Shown here: piece after piece, positions 29,201 to 37,536 of the stretch
Layout of the letters: each line of letters starts with the position of its first letter
Position numbering within the stretch: the first letter of the stretch is position 1
Source: a virus
Virus record (IMG/VR): IMGVR_UViG_3300042434_002493
Span: 1 to 64,000 of that record
Length of the DNA: 64,000 bases
Reading direction: 5' to 3' (one strand)
Notes under the pieces: generated by a model
Database searches by the model: none
What the model was told of the DNA's origin: nothing
The model's input: the letters and a program-made list of their open reading frames with translations, nothing else
Made by a program: the position numbers and the translations under genes

Positions 29201-32200
29201 GCTTCGACGCGGTCAACCACCACGCTCAAGAGATCCTGCGCAGCGCGACCATCGACCGCAACGTCGTAGACCTCCTCGGTTCGGAGGGGGCCGCACAACT
29301 CCTCGCTTGGCAGATCCGTCAGACGCACCCGGAGCAGGCCGAGGCATTGACGCAGGCGGTCGGCGACTATCACCTGCGCCTCCAGGACACCCACATCCCC
29401 GAGGCGATGGACACCTCGCGCGACGCCTACGAGGCCGCCCACGAGGTTCACCAGGGCATGCAGGAGCAGGGCGACCTGCGCGAGTGGCAGGCGCTCAACC
29501 GCCAGCGCATCGAGCACCTCGACCAGTCGCGGCAAACGCTGGGCCGGACCTTGGGTTACCTGGAAACGTCCGCGGCTTTGCACGCCGCGATGCTTTCGCC
29601 GGCAGCGCACCCGATCCGCGTCTCCGCCGGGCCGGTCGATGCGACGCAGCTCGCAGCCCACGCGCGCGCCGCCGGACTCGGAGACGACGACTTCCACATC
29701 GAGCACGACGGCAAGAACGGGTGGTTGACGGTGCAGCCGGCAGCGTTCGGCAAACTTGTCCGCCCGGTCGATGCCGAAGAGGTCCGCCTCGACCGTGACA
29801 TGGAGGCCATCCGCACGGGCCAGCAGGACGACCCGACGTGGCGCCCGGCCGGGTTTATGCAGCGCACCGACGTCCGCCCCGAGCAGCGTTTCAAGGGTGA
29901 GGTCCCGCAGAACGCGCAGCCCTTCGACTACGGACTCGCCGAGCACGCGAACATGCACGAGGCGATGGGCACCTACATCGCCCAGCGCGTCCACGACGGG
30001 TGGCGGCCCGTGGACATCATGCGCGATCTCCAGAACACCGGCGAGCACATGGGCGGCATCGCCGCGGGGGTCGGCGAGGCCGACCTCCAGAGCCCGCAGG
30101 TGCAGGCGTGGCAGGAGTTGCACCCCGAGCCGCCGAAGACCGTGGCAGCCCAGGACGACGGGCAGGCGCGAATGCCCTGGGACCCCGAGCCCGAGCCCGG
30201 ACCCAACCCCGCCCACGCCAGTTGGGAGCAGGACCGGCGCGAGATCGCGGCCAAGGGCAAGCTTGCCGCGTTCCACGAGGCTTTGGCCGCCCACATGCCA
30301 TCGAGAGCGCAGGACAAGAATCAGAGCCTCCAGCAGGCCGAGGAGCACGCCCCGCACTTCATGGAGCTGGCCAGGCAGCACGCCGAGCGGGTGGGCACAG
30401 CGGGGACGTTGCACCACCAGCAACTCGACCCGACGTTGGCGAATGACCTCGCCTTTCGGGTGCTGGGCCGGCACCCGGCCGCGGTGGGCGCGTGGAAGCC
30501 CGTCGAACAGTTGGGCCACCACGAGCGCGCCGCTTTGCGCGAGTCGTTCTACCGCTACTTCCACAGCCGACAGGGGGAGATGCCGCAGGAGCTTCACCCC
30601 GAGGCCGTCATGGCAAAGTGGGCGAGCAAGAACCCGGAGCCGGCCCGCGACAACACCGCGCAGGGCGATCTCCTCGGTTTCGGCAGTCTCCCCGGCATGG
30701 GGGGATTCGGCGCGCCGTCGCCGGAGGACATCGAAGCCGCCGAGGCCGAAGCTGGCCACGCGCACGAGCGATGGGAACAAGCCCTCGTTGAGCACGAGCG
30801 CGCCCAGGCGGGCATCGCCGATCCCAAGGCCGCGTTTCTCTCCCAGGCGAAAGAGCACGTCGAAAGCGTCGCCCGCCACCTGGCCAAGACGACGAAGACG
30901 CACAACGACGACGCCCACCCCGAGGTCGCCGCGGCCCGGGAACGACACAGGCACGCGCAGGACGTGGCCGCGTTGCGCGCCGAGCCCGACGCGGCCACGC
31001 CCGACGCGCTCCGCGCAGCGCACGGAGCCTACCGATCCGCCACAGGTGCGGCTCAGAGCGCCGTCGTGCAGTTGGCGCGAGCCGAAGACGCGCGGAGCCG
31101 CTCCGCCGCGCAGGCGTTCGATGCCCGTCACCACGACGCGAGCCCGGAGTGGAAGGCGTGGCGCAAGGAGCGCGACGAAGCCGAGCGCGCCGCACACCGG
31201 GCAGCCTCGCGCTACGACGCCCCCGACTGGAACACCTACGTCGCCAGCCACGGCGGCGCGCCGCAGGCGTACCAGGCGCTTCAGGATTTCGTGCGCTCCC
31301 GGTTCGTGCAGGAGTTCCGCACGCTCTACCAGGACCACGCCCAGAGCCCGCTCCAGATCGGCGTGCAGGCGGTGGCCGGCGCCGCAGGCCACCGCCTCGC
31401 CTTCGACCCAGACTGGCGCGACCGTGTGCGCCGCACCGCCAACGCAGCCGGCGCGACCGCGCGCACACGCGCAGCCGGCGGGCGGTTCAGTTCGGACCCG
31501 TACAAGGAGGCGCGCGAGCGGTTCCAGGCCCAGGCCCGCGAGATGGCCAATCGACAGACCAGCAACGTGGGCGAGGTCAATCCCGATCCGCGGCGAGCGC
31601 CCGACCTGGACGAGCGATACACCCTCGGGCAGGCCGCCGAGGGCCAGCTCGCCAACATCGTCGGGCAGCACGCGAGCATCATCGACCCGAGGCAGACGTT
31701 CGAGGCTCGCTCCGCTGACTTTTCGGGGCCGGGCGCCAAGCGGCAGCGCGCGATCAAGGCGTGGAAGCGCAGCCGCAAGATCGGGATGTTCCTCGGGACG
31801 GGCCAGGGCAAGACGACCGTCGCGTTCGGCACCTTCGCCGACCTCAAAGGCGAGGGCCGGGTCCAGCGGGGCGTGTTCGCCGTGCCCAGCATCGTGCAGG
31901 GCCAGTTCGGAGGCGAGGCGTTGTCCTTTGTGGACCCCGCCCACATGCGCTGGCACGCGAAGCCCGGCGAGGGCAAGGCCGAGCGCATGGCCGCCTACGC
32001 CGACCCGGAGAAGCACGTTGTCGTCGTGACGCACCAGGCGCTTCGCGACGACGTCACCGAGATGGTCGCGAAGCACCTCGGGATGAGCCGCGAGCAGGTC
32101 GCCGCACACATGACGGACGGCGAGGTGCAAGCCCAGGCGCCGGAGGTCCCCCACCTCGACAAGATGCGCGACCTGGCGAGGATCACGCCCGAGCAGATGC

Positions 32201-34761
32201 TCCGAGACAGCGACTACGACAAGGCGATGCGCAACGCCTACGTCGGCGGCGCGAGCAGCCGCACTACGCCCGCCCAGGTGCCGAGCTACCCGGTGGGCAC
32301 CTGGAAGGTGGACGACACCTTCCGCGGCTTGTACGGGTCCGACGTCGAGCACCTCCAGGAGTTCGACCCCGACGATCTTGTCGCGACGGAGAACAACGTC
32401 GCCACGAACGCAGAGGGCCGCGGCACCGACGCCGACCGCTATGCCGAGTGGGCCCGCAGCGGAGAGCACGGGGAGCCGCCCCCGATCCGCGTCGTCCAGG
32501 CCGAGGACGGCAGCATGCGCATCACCGACGGACACCGTCGCCACGCCGCGGCGAAGAAGAACGGCCAGAAGATCAAGGCGTGGGTCAGCTATGCAGCGCA
32601 CACCGGGCGCCTCGACAGCAACGGCAAACCCATCGTGACCGGACTGACGCACGAGATGGCAATCCACCGAGCCCGAGAAGCCGGCGACCCCGCCGAGGCG
32701 TGGCATGCCCAGACGTTCCCGGACCTCGCGGAGAAGATGCAGACGGCCGACGTGCAGCCGGTCAAGGGGGCCGCCGCGCGCACCGTCCAGCCGTGGACAG
32801 AGGACGAGACCGACCAGCACGTCAGGGCAGCCCTCACGGCCCACGAGGCCCACGGACTCCTCGACTACATGGCCGTGGACGAGGGGCACGTCGCCTTGAA
32901 CCGAAAGGGCAAGCAGGACAGCCACCTCGCCCGCGTCATCGACAGCCTGGGCCGCTTGGCGAAGTACGCCGGCTACATGACCGGGACGCCCGTCAAGAAC
33001 GACACCAGCGAGCTGTACGACCAGCTCCGCAAGGTCGCGCCCCACAAGTACGGCGACGGGGAGGGTAAGACCAGCCTCCAGGAGTTCACCCGGCGCTACG
33101 GGACCGATCCGACGACCGCCGGGCCCGCCCTGCGCACAGAGATGCGGCGTCACGCCTTCATGGCCGAGGCGCCCATGCCCTTCGAGCCGAACTACCACAC
33201 CGACAAGCTCGACCCCACCCCCGAGCAGTCGCGAGACCTCGACGACGTGCATCGGTCATACGAGCGGGTGGCAGCCGCCCGCCGGGCCGGTACGCTCAAC
33301 ATCGAGGCCGCCCGCGCGCTCGCCCCGAGCGCCTTCGCCAGCGTCGCGCCGGGGGACGAAGAGGCCGCCCGCGCCGTGGCCGAGAAGGTCCACCGCAGCC
33401 CGGTGACGTTCCGCGAGGCCGCGCTCAACCGCCACATCAACATGCACGCCCAGGGCGCCAAGCTCGCCCACCTCGACCAGTTGATCGGAGGCTACCGCTC
33501 GCAGCCGCTCCCCAGGGGCGCCCGCGAGAGCGAGGCCGCCTACCAGGCACGCACCGCCGCGGGCGACACGCACCGCCGCGCCGGAGTCATCTTCGCCCAC
33601 AACCACGAGGCCGTGGCCCAGATCGCCGAGCACCTCAAAGCCAAGGGGCACCGCGTCGAGACCATCACCGGCAAGGACACCGGGCAGCTCAAGACCAGGA
33701 AGCGCGAGGCGTTCGACAGGGGCGAGCACGACATCCTCATCCTCAGCGACGCCGGAGCCACCGGCGCGAACCTTCAGTCGCGGGCGAGTTGGATCATCAA
33801 CCACGACACCCCGGCGACCTACCACACCTGGAAGCAACGCAACGCGCGCATCCTCCGCGTGGGGCAGCGCATGGACCGCCCCGACGTCCACACGCTCCAG
33901 GTAGACCACCCCTGGGAGCACGACGCCGCCGCGCGCATGGAGCGCAAGCGCAGCCTGCACGACCCCCTGTACGCCGAGGACGACGAGAGCCAGGACGAGG
34001 GCGGACTCGCCCACATCATCCGCCAACACCTGCACGAGGCCGCTTCGCCGCTCACGCCGCAGTCCTACGGGCCGCCGGCCCGCGAGACGCCCACGTCGGC
34101 GCCCGCGCGTGCCGAGCCTCACACGTTCCACGGCAGCAAAGAACAGTGGGATGCGTTGCCCGTCGCCTACCACACGACCGTGGACGAGGCCGGCGTGCGC
34201 GCTCACGGGTTCAAGCCAGACGCCTTCGCCGAGCAAGGGTACGGCGGGGGGCGCCAGCCTGGCGCGGTGTGGGCACACCACGGGCCGGGAGCCGCAGAGA
34301 GAGCGCAGGCGATGGCCGACTACATGAACGACGTGCAGGACATCGCCAGGCACCCCGAGCCGATGAAGCACGCACGCGAGAAGTTGCAACAGCTCGCCGC
34401 GAGAACACCCGGCGCAACCCCGCGAGACATGGACAACGCCACCTCGACGGGCGATTTTTTGATGAAGTACGGCGACAGCCACGCGTCCGAGTTCCCGCAC
34501 CTGCAACCAAAGACAGACGCCCAACGCGCGGCCATGTGGTACGGCCACGCGCGCGGCTCTGCAAACGGTGGGCGACTGGGGGGGCAGAATGCGCCCGTGA
34601 CACCCGAGGCCGTGGATCGTGCAGCCGCGCGCACGTCGCGCGCGTCCGTCGTACAGATCCGCCACACCCCCATTGGAAGCCAGAAGGGCGTCGGGATCGA
34701 GCACAACAGCGACCGCGCTATCGAGCCCAATCACATATTCCTGCGGCACGGGGGCGGGTAG
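26266..34761 (+). CDS. Giant 2831-aa polyvalent protein: tag, SNF2/SF2 helicase with inserted ParB/Srx domain, possible C-terminal ADP-ribosyltransferase-like domain
   Basis: GTGQGKT (31795), VDEGH (32875), MTGTPVKN, GATGANLQ, QRNARILRVGQ; PPIRV...ITDGHRRHAA (ParB); YHTT...GF...GYG...GAVW near the C-terminus. Confidence 0.85.
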   Translation: MAQPAQLNIFGGQDPIRNGGDPSHGGALHQERRTDSRGRTETKWVRDPNDRRTVDLEKLIALKEMGRRVDRPTLFRWAAGRVKHDPDTWTAYRKSTAEETRQEGEQELRRRYAWHQTFGEHTPFHPAAMSDHITGSFEAEAAKAVTFYLAVIFAEGGKAGPIANRPGLVFDYMSRRWKRVEPHEEGVHLDEEAGQAHVVPWKPKRDKNETMSQEDWQGFIDDANEPLHERAAKMNATLAHYKAGHLEFKNPRGDGHAVIIPDASEPGRWRYSEYDKSGFSSHTTHDTPMQAAAAAGEAGFTEPAPGSLDRLSQTEEWDRGTRSAKINQLGGELNWKGHHEADLAVRNHYARHGWSAEAYQRIMQPDVLAAVRAGQVHPELLKAIADHREGFKAAPKLDFGETAPSGERWITVRPNGPDAKGVPVLVQVHPHNPRQGHIIGGAGGKMNLRRLNLKTPEEYRAAAAARRKNRRKSESTQVDTGQRAALEEVKGEHQQRRRAAAAQVLRHAGHHELADKIAAGPLAGQESEHKEAVADGYRKVRVLMANARRTLAQDTDAREAAGLGELPATSGDGGIGASDIAGRQVMQGGLDYKRDRAALSDQQADLARAQALRSRLDADLQHGEPIDALTTAQRYARAANLTHRDIEAAGPVEIAAFARLASRRLKAFRRLQEAVTEAGGDNTAPTMPDEAREAMDDMAAVVSGSGQDAIDAMTDPARNETARKGLQAAVDHGLMDPQRERDMTARIEQARRQSAGAPELSQLNQEHVESLPARAIAIVANDAAHAIRRMRTAAPEDLRKLAEQVGEEVPTIKGAADALGEEALISGEATDAQRRSFLRQALASGVLTGDATPPKAAADPSLEVNDGAKARAIFEAGLKVKGLDKEARRRRNAIMAGDLAGAASQQWEAPRGGANDPTQQLADHPSTEMVAAVQGEVRTQRARAFLGQVNQTYQDIGQMLDEDQDAAHADLGRHMSRGSFDAVNHHAQEILRSATIDRNVVDLLGSEGAAQLLAWQIRQTHPEQAEALTQAVGDYHLRLQDTHIPEAMDTSRDAYEAAHEVHQGMQEQGDLREWQALNRQRIEHLDQSRQTLGRTLGYLETSAALHAAMLSPAAHPIRVSAGPVDATQLAAHARAAGLGDDDFHIEHDGKNGWLTVQPAAFGKLVRPVDAEEVRLDRDMEAIRTGQQDDPTWRPAGFMQRTDVRPEQRFKGEVPQNAQPFDYGLAEHANMHEAMGTYIAQRVHDGWRPVDIMRDLQNTGEHMGGIAAGVGEADLQSPQVQAWQELHPEPPKTVAAQDDGQARMPWDPEPEPGPNPAHASWEQDRREIAAKGKLAAFHEALAAHMPSRAQDKNQSLQQAEEHAPHFMELARQHAERVGTAGTLHHQQLDPTLANDLAFRVLGRHPAAVGAWKPVEQLGHHERAALRESFYRYFHSRQGEMPQELHPEAVMAKWASKNPEPARDNTAQGDLLGFGSLPGMGGFGAPSPEDIEAAEAEAGHAHERWEQALVEHERAQAGIADPKAAFLSQAKEHVESVARHLAKTTKTHNDDAHPEVAAARERHRHAQDVAALRAEPDAATPDALRAAHGAYRSATGAAQSAVVQLARAEDARSRSAAQAFDARHHDASPEWKAWRKERDEAERAAHRAASRYDAPDWNTYVASHGGAPQAYQALQDFVRSRFVQEFRTLYQDHAQSPLQIGVQAVAGAAGHRLAFDPDWRDRVRRTANAAGATARTRAAGGRFSSDPYKEARERFQAQAREMANRQTSNVGEVNPDPRRAPDLDERYTLGQAAEGQLANIVGQHASIIDPRQTFEARSADFSGPGAKRQRAIKAWKRSRKIGMFLGTGQGKTTVAFGTFADLKGEGRVQRGVFAVPSIVQGQFGGEALSFVDPAHMRWHAKPGEGKAERMAAYADPEKHVVVVTHQALRDDVTEMVAKHLGMSREQVAAHMTDGEVQAQAPEVPHLDKMRDLARITPEQMLRDSDYDKAMRNAYVGGASSRTTPAQVPSYPVGTWKVDDTFRGLYGSDVEHLQEFDPDDLVATENNVATNAEGRGTDADRYAEWARSGEHGEPPPIRVVQAEDGSMRITDGHRRHAAAKKNGQKIKAWVSYAAHTGRLDSNGKPIVTGLTHEMAIHRAREAGDPAEAWHAQTFPDLAEKMQTADVQPVKGAAARTVQPWTEDETDQHVRAALTAHEAHGLLDYMAVDEGHVALNRKGKQDSHLARVIDSLGRLAKYAGYMTGTPVKNDTSELYDQLRKVAPHKYGDGEGKTSLQEFTRRYGTDPTTAGPALRTEMRRHAFMAEAPMPFEPNYHTDKLDPTPEQSRDLDDVHRSYERVAAARRAGTLNIEAARALAPSAFASVAPGDEEAARAVAEKVHRSPVTFREAALNRHINMHAQGAKLAHLDQLIGGYRSQPLPRGARESEAAYQARTAAGDTHRRAGVIFAHNHEAVAQIAEHLKAKGHRVETITGKDTGQLKTRKREAFDRGEHDILILSDAGATGANLQSRASWIINHDTPATYHTWKQRNARILRVGQRMDRPDVHTLQVDHPWEHDAAARMERKRSLHDPLYAEDDESQDEGGLAHIIRQHLHEAASPLTPQSYGPPARETPTSAPARAEPHTFHGSKEQWDALPVAYHTTVDEAGVRAHGFKPDAFAEQGYGGGRQPGAVWAHHGPGAAERAQAMADYMNDVQDIARHPEPMKHAREKLQQLAARTPGATPRDMDNATSTGDFLMKYGDSHASEFPHLQPKTDAQRAAMWYGHARGSANGGRLGGQNAPVTPEAVDRAAARTSRASVVQIRHTPIGSQKGVGIEHNSDRAIEPNHIFLRHGGG

Positions 34762-34762
34762 G

Positions 34763-35056
34763 ATGGACCCGATGGACGCCGATCACACCCGCGAAGCGCG
34801 CGACCGCGTCGAGGCGAACCTCGCCCGCGTCGAGGCCGTGCGCCGCCGCGCCGTTCAACACGGCCACATTCACCGGGTCGGAGTCATCGGGCCGCGAATC
34901 GAGGCCCTGCGCGAGGAGCGTGCCGCGATGGAGCGCCAGATCGGGACCGACCCCCGACACTGGCACGAGGACGACGTGCGCGCGCTCCAGGCCATCGACC
35001 AGGAGTTGCGCGGGCTGATGCTGACCTACCACGCCGATCACACGAAGGGGACTTGA
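34763..35056 (+). CDS. Hypothetical helical protein
   Basis: Starts 1 nt after the previous stop; codon usage matches neighbours. Confidence 0.6.
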   Translation: MDPMDADHTREARDRVEANLARVEAVRRRAVQHGHIHRVGVIGPRIEALREERAAMERQIGTDPRHWHEDDVRALQAIDQELRGLMLTYHADHTKGT

Positions 35057-35058
35057 GG

Positions 35059-35340
35059 ATGCCGATCTACGAGTACCGCTGTGCCGAGGGGCACACGCAC
35101 GAGGCGATCCGCAGCGTCGCCCACCGCAACGAGCCGACCGAGTGCCCAACGTGCCACGGGCCGGCCGGGCGGGCCGGCGTGGAGCGGTGCTTCTTCGACC
35201 TCGTGGACAACGCCTTTCAGAGCTGCGGGTGGACGCGCCCCGGCATGAGCGGGGTGAACTACCAGAGCGGCAGGGCCCCCGATGGCATCCGCCGCCGAGA
35301 ACTGCATCCCCTGGAGCGTGGCGCGGCGCGAGGGGACTGA
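35059..35340 (+). CDS. FmdB-family zinc-ribbon protein
   Basis: MPIYEYRC...H...CPTC signature. Confidence 0.8.
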   Translation: MPIYEYRCAEGHTHEAIRSVAHRNEPTECPTCHGPAGRAGVERCFFDLVDNAFQSCGWTRPGMSGVNYQSGRAPDGIRRRELHPLERGAARGD

Positions 35341-35558
35341 TGGACTTGACCTGCGGCGGATGCGGGTGGCGCTTGGGGGCCGTGGAGGCCGCCAAGGGCG
35401 ACGAGCCCGCCGAGGGCTACAGCGTGGCCCGCACCCTGCACTTCCGGGCCGGCCAAGTGGTCGCCCGGTGCGGCAAGTGCAAGGCAGATACGCCCTTGCC
35501 GCTCCAGGTCCGCGTCATGTTCGGTCGCGGCGCGGCCGACGAGCCGCCCGCAGCCTGA
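35340..35558 (+). CDS. Small zinc-ribbon protein (Mu Com-like pattern)
   Basis: LTCGGCGWRL...ARCGKCK; TGATG coupling with the upstream gene. Confidence 0.6.
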   Translation: MDLTCGGCGWRLGAVEAAKGDEPAEGYSVARTLHFRAGQVVARCGKCKADTPLPLQVRVMFGRGAADEPPAA

Positions 35559-35567
35559 TCAGACCGC

Positions 35568-35597
35568 TTGCGCGCGGCCGAATGGCGCCGTTAGAGT
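35568..35597 (+). promoter_or_regulatory. Putative promoter of the protease-scaffold-capsid operon
   Basis: TTGCGC-N18-TAGAGT in the intergenic gap; GAGGAG RBS downstream. Confidence 0.45.
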
Positions 35598-35642
35598 CGC
35601 ACGCAAGCCCAATGGCGGATCGCCGGGCATCGAGGAGATTCG

Positions 35643-36674
35643 ATGCGCGCGACCCCACACCAGAGCCACGTTGAATACAGCCATGCCCACGCCGACGTGG
35701 ACATCGAGCTGCTCACGCGCCGCGTGGCCGTGTTCGACGGGTTCGAGGCGTTCAAGGCCGCGACCGGCGAGTTGCCGATGCACCGGCCGGACCTGAAGCG
35801 GGAGCGCCGCGATGGCGCCGACGTCTGGACGCGCAACGGCATCATCGTGCCGCACCCGGACAAGGTCCGCTGGTTGTGGGCGCGTTTCAGCGACCCGTCG
35901 CCGGACCTCGAAGGCGAGAGTGTGTCCGCCGCGCCGTTCCGCCAGTTCGCCGACGACAGCGTCCGCAAGTGGGGCGGGTGGATCGACATGAACCACTGGT
36001 CTCGCCCTCAGCGGTTCCCCGAGCAGATGGCCAAGGCCGGCCGGTCCCCCGAAGAGTACGTCATCGGCAAGCTCACGGAGATCCGTGTGAGCGGCGACGA
36101 CACAAGCTACGCCGAGGGCTACCTCTGGCCCGAGGGCGTCAACGAGCACGCCGACACCGCCGCCGGTTGGCTCCGGTACGCCCCCGACATGGTCCACTGT
36201 TCCGCCGGTGGGCCCATCGTGAAGGGGCACCCGCAGATCGTCGGTGGCCGCAAGGTCGTGCCCGTTCAGATTTTCCTGAACCACCTGGCCATCGCGCTCC
36301 AGGGTGTTCACAACGAGACCGCCGTCAAGACCACGCCCTTCGGGGAGTTCTACAAGGCACTGGCCGATGGGATCTCCGAGACCGAATGCGCGGGTGACAG
36401 CAGTTTCGCCAAGCACGTCCGCGGCATGCCCGAGGGCACCAAGGCCATGACGGCCGCCGCCGTGGCGCCCGCCGTGCCCGAGGATCTGGAGGGCGCCAAG
36501 ACCACGAAGCCGGCAGGCCCGCGAGACGTGACCGACGTGACCGACTGCGACCACTGGATCGCCGGCACCCGGAAGTTCCATTCCACCGCCGCCGCGCACG
36601 AACACCTGACGCGATGTTGCGGCTGGCCAGCGACGCGCGCGCGCGATTACCTCGCCGCCGCCACCCGATCCTGA
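35643..36674 (+). CDS. Prohead protease (HK97/herpes-fold, SPO1-like)
   Basis: DLEGE, GWIDMNH, VIG, YAEGYL, SAGG and NHLAI motifs; position before scaffold and capsid. Confidence 0.75.
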   Translation: MRATPHQSHVEYSHAHADVDIELLTRRVAVFDGFEAFKAATGELPMHRPDLKRERRDGADVWTRNGIIVPHPDKVRWLWARFSDPSPDLEGESVSAAPFRQFADDSVRKWGGWIDMNHWSRPQRFPEQMAKAGRSPEEYVIGKLTEIRVSGDDTSYAEGYLWPEGVNEHADTAAGWLRYAPDMVHCSAGGPIVKGHPQIVGGRKVVPVQIFLNHLAIALQGVHNETAVKTTPFGEFYKALADGISETECAGDSSFAKHVRGMPEGTKAMTAAAVAPAVPEDLEGAKTTKPAGPRDVTDVTDCDHWIAGTRKFHSTAAAHEHLTRCCGWPATRARDYLAAATRS

Positions 36675-36688
36675 AGGAGACGACCCCT

Positions 36689-37498
36689 ATGTCCAACACC
36701 GTCGAGTCCATCCAGCGCAACCTCGCCGTACTGCGTGACGCGCTGCCCGAGGGGGCCAAGGCGATGCCGCCTGGCATGCCTCCGATGGGCGCCCCCCCCG
36801 GCGGCGCCCCGCCTGGCGGCGCTCCCGGGCCGAGCCCCATGCCCGCGCTCCCCGGCTCCCCCCCGCCCGGCATGGGGATCTCGCCCCCGCCCCCCACCCC
36901 CGAAGGGGACGAGGAGGAGAATCCCGAAGGGGACGAGGAAGAGAATCCCGAGGACGAGGAGGGCACCAAGGCTTTCTACGAGGGGTGCAAGAGCGCCGAG
37001 TGCGGTCGATGCTTGCCGTGCATCAACGCCGAGGCCGAGAACGAGGGCGCCAAGTCCTACCAGGACGGCCAGGCCGCCGCCCAGGTCGGCAGCACCGTGC
37101 TCGCGCGCCTCATCGAGGGCGCCGTTCACGCGGCCGTGGGGTCGCGCCTGCGTCGCATCGAGCGGCAGCTCGAAGCCGTCGCGCAGGGCGTGGACGGCAA
37201 CCTGACGCTGGGGCTCAAGAGCGCCGAGAGCCTGGGCGCTCTGCGCCGGGCCCCCGGCGTGCTCCCCCGCGGCCCCGGCGTCGCGGTCGCCAACGCCCGT
37301 GGCGGGAATCCCGCGCCGGGCGTTCACCTGCCGCCTCCGGTCGAGGAGGGTGGTAAGTGCCCCTACAACGAGCAGCAGCTTCTCATCGCCGTGCAGAAGG
37401 GCGTCCTGACGGGCGCCGAGGCGCAGCTCTGGATGAACCGTGACCAGCCCCCTGCCCGTCTGCGCAACCCCGTCGAAGCCGTGAAGTCCGTCCTCTGA
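36689..37498 (+). CDS. Capsid scaffolding protein
   Basis: AAGGAG RBS; P/G-rich and acidic low-complexity N-terminal half, coiled coil, multiple EGxK[AS] sites; lies between protease and capsid. Confidence 0.7.
   Translation: MSNTVESIQRNLAVLRDALPEGAKAMPPGMPPMGAPPGGAPPGGAPGPSPMPALPGSPPPGMGISPPPPTPEGDEEENPEGDEEENPEDEEGTKAFYEGCKSAECGRCLPCINAEAENEGAKSYQDGQAAAQVGSTVLARLIEGAVHAAVGSRLRRIERQLEAVAQGVDGNLTLGLKSAESLGALRRAPGVLPRGPGVAVANARGGNPAPGVHLPPPVEEGGKCPYNEQQLLIAVQKGVLTGAEAQLWMNRDQPPARLRNPVEAVKSVL
36899..36946 (+). repeat. 24-bp tandem repeat (PEGDEEEN x2, plus a partial third unit) in scaffold
   Basis: CCCGAAGGGGACGAGGA(G/A)GAGAAT repeated. Confidence 0.85.
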
Positions 37499-37536
37499 GG
37501 CCACAGGCCCAATTTCAGAAAGAAGGAGAGAACAGC

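Noticed and set aside
32125-32790. Possible intein in the helicase
   Set aside because: No C/S start, HN-[CST] end or LAGLIDADG motif seen; the insert looks like ParB.
28441-33252. 1603-aa minus-strand ORF and other long antisense ORFs (e.g. 15737-18298, 22479-25319, 48263-50578)
   Set aside because: Antisense shadows of GC3-biased plus-strand genes; no recognisable motifs.
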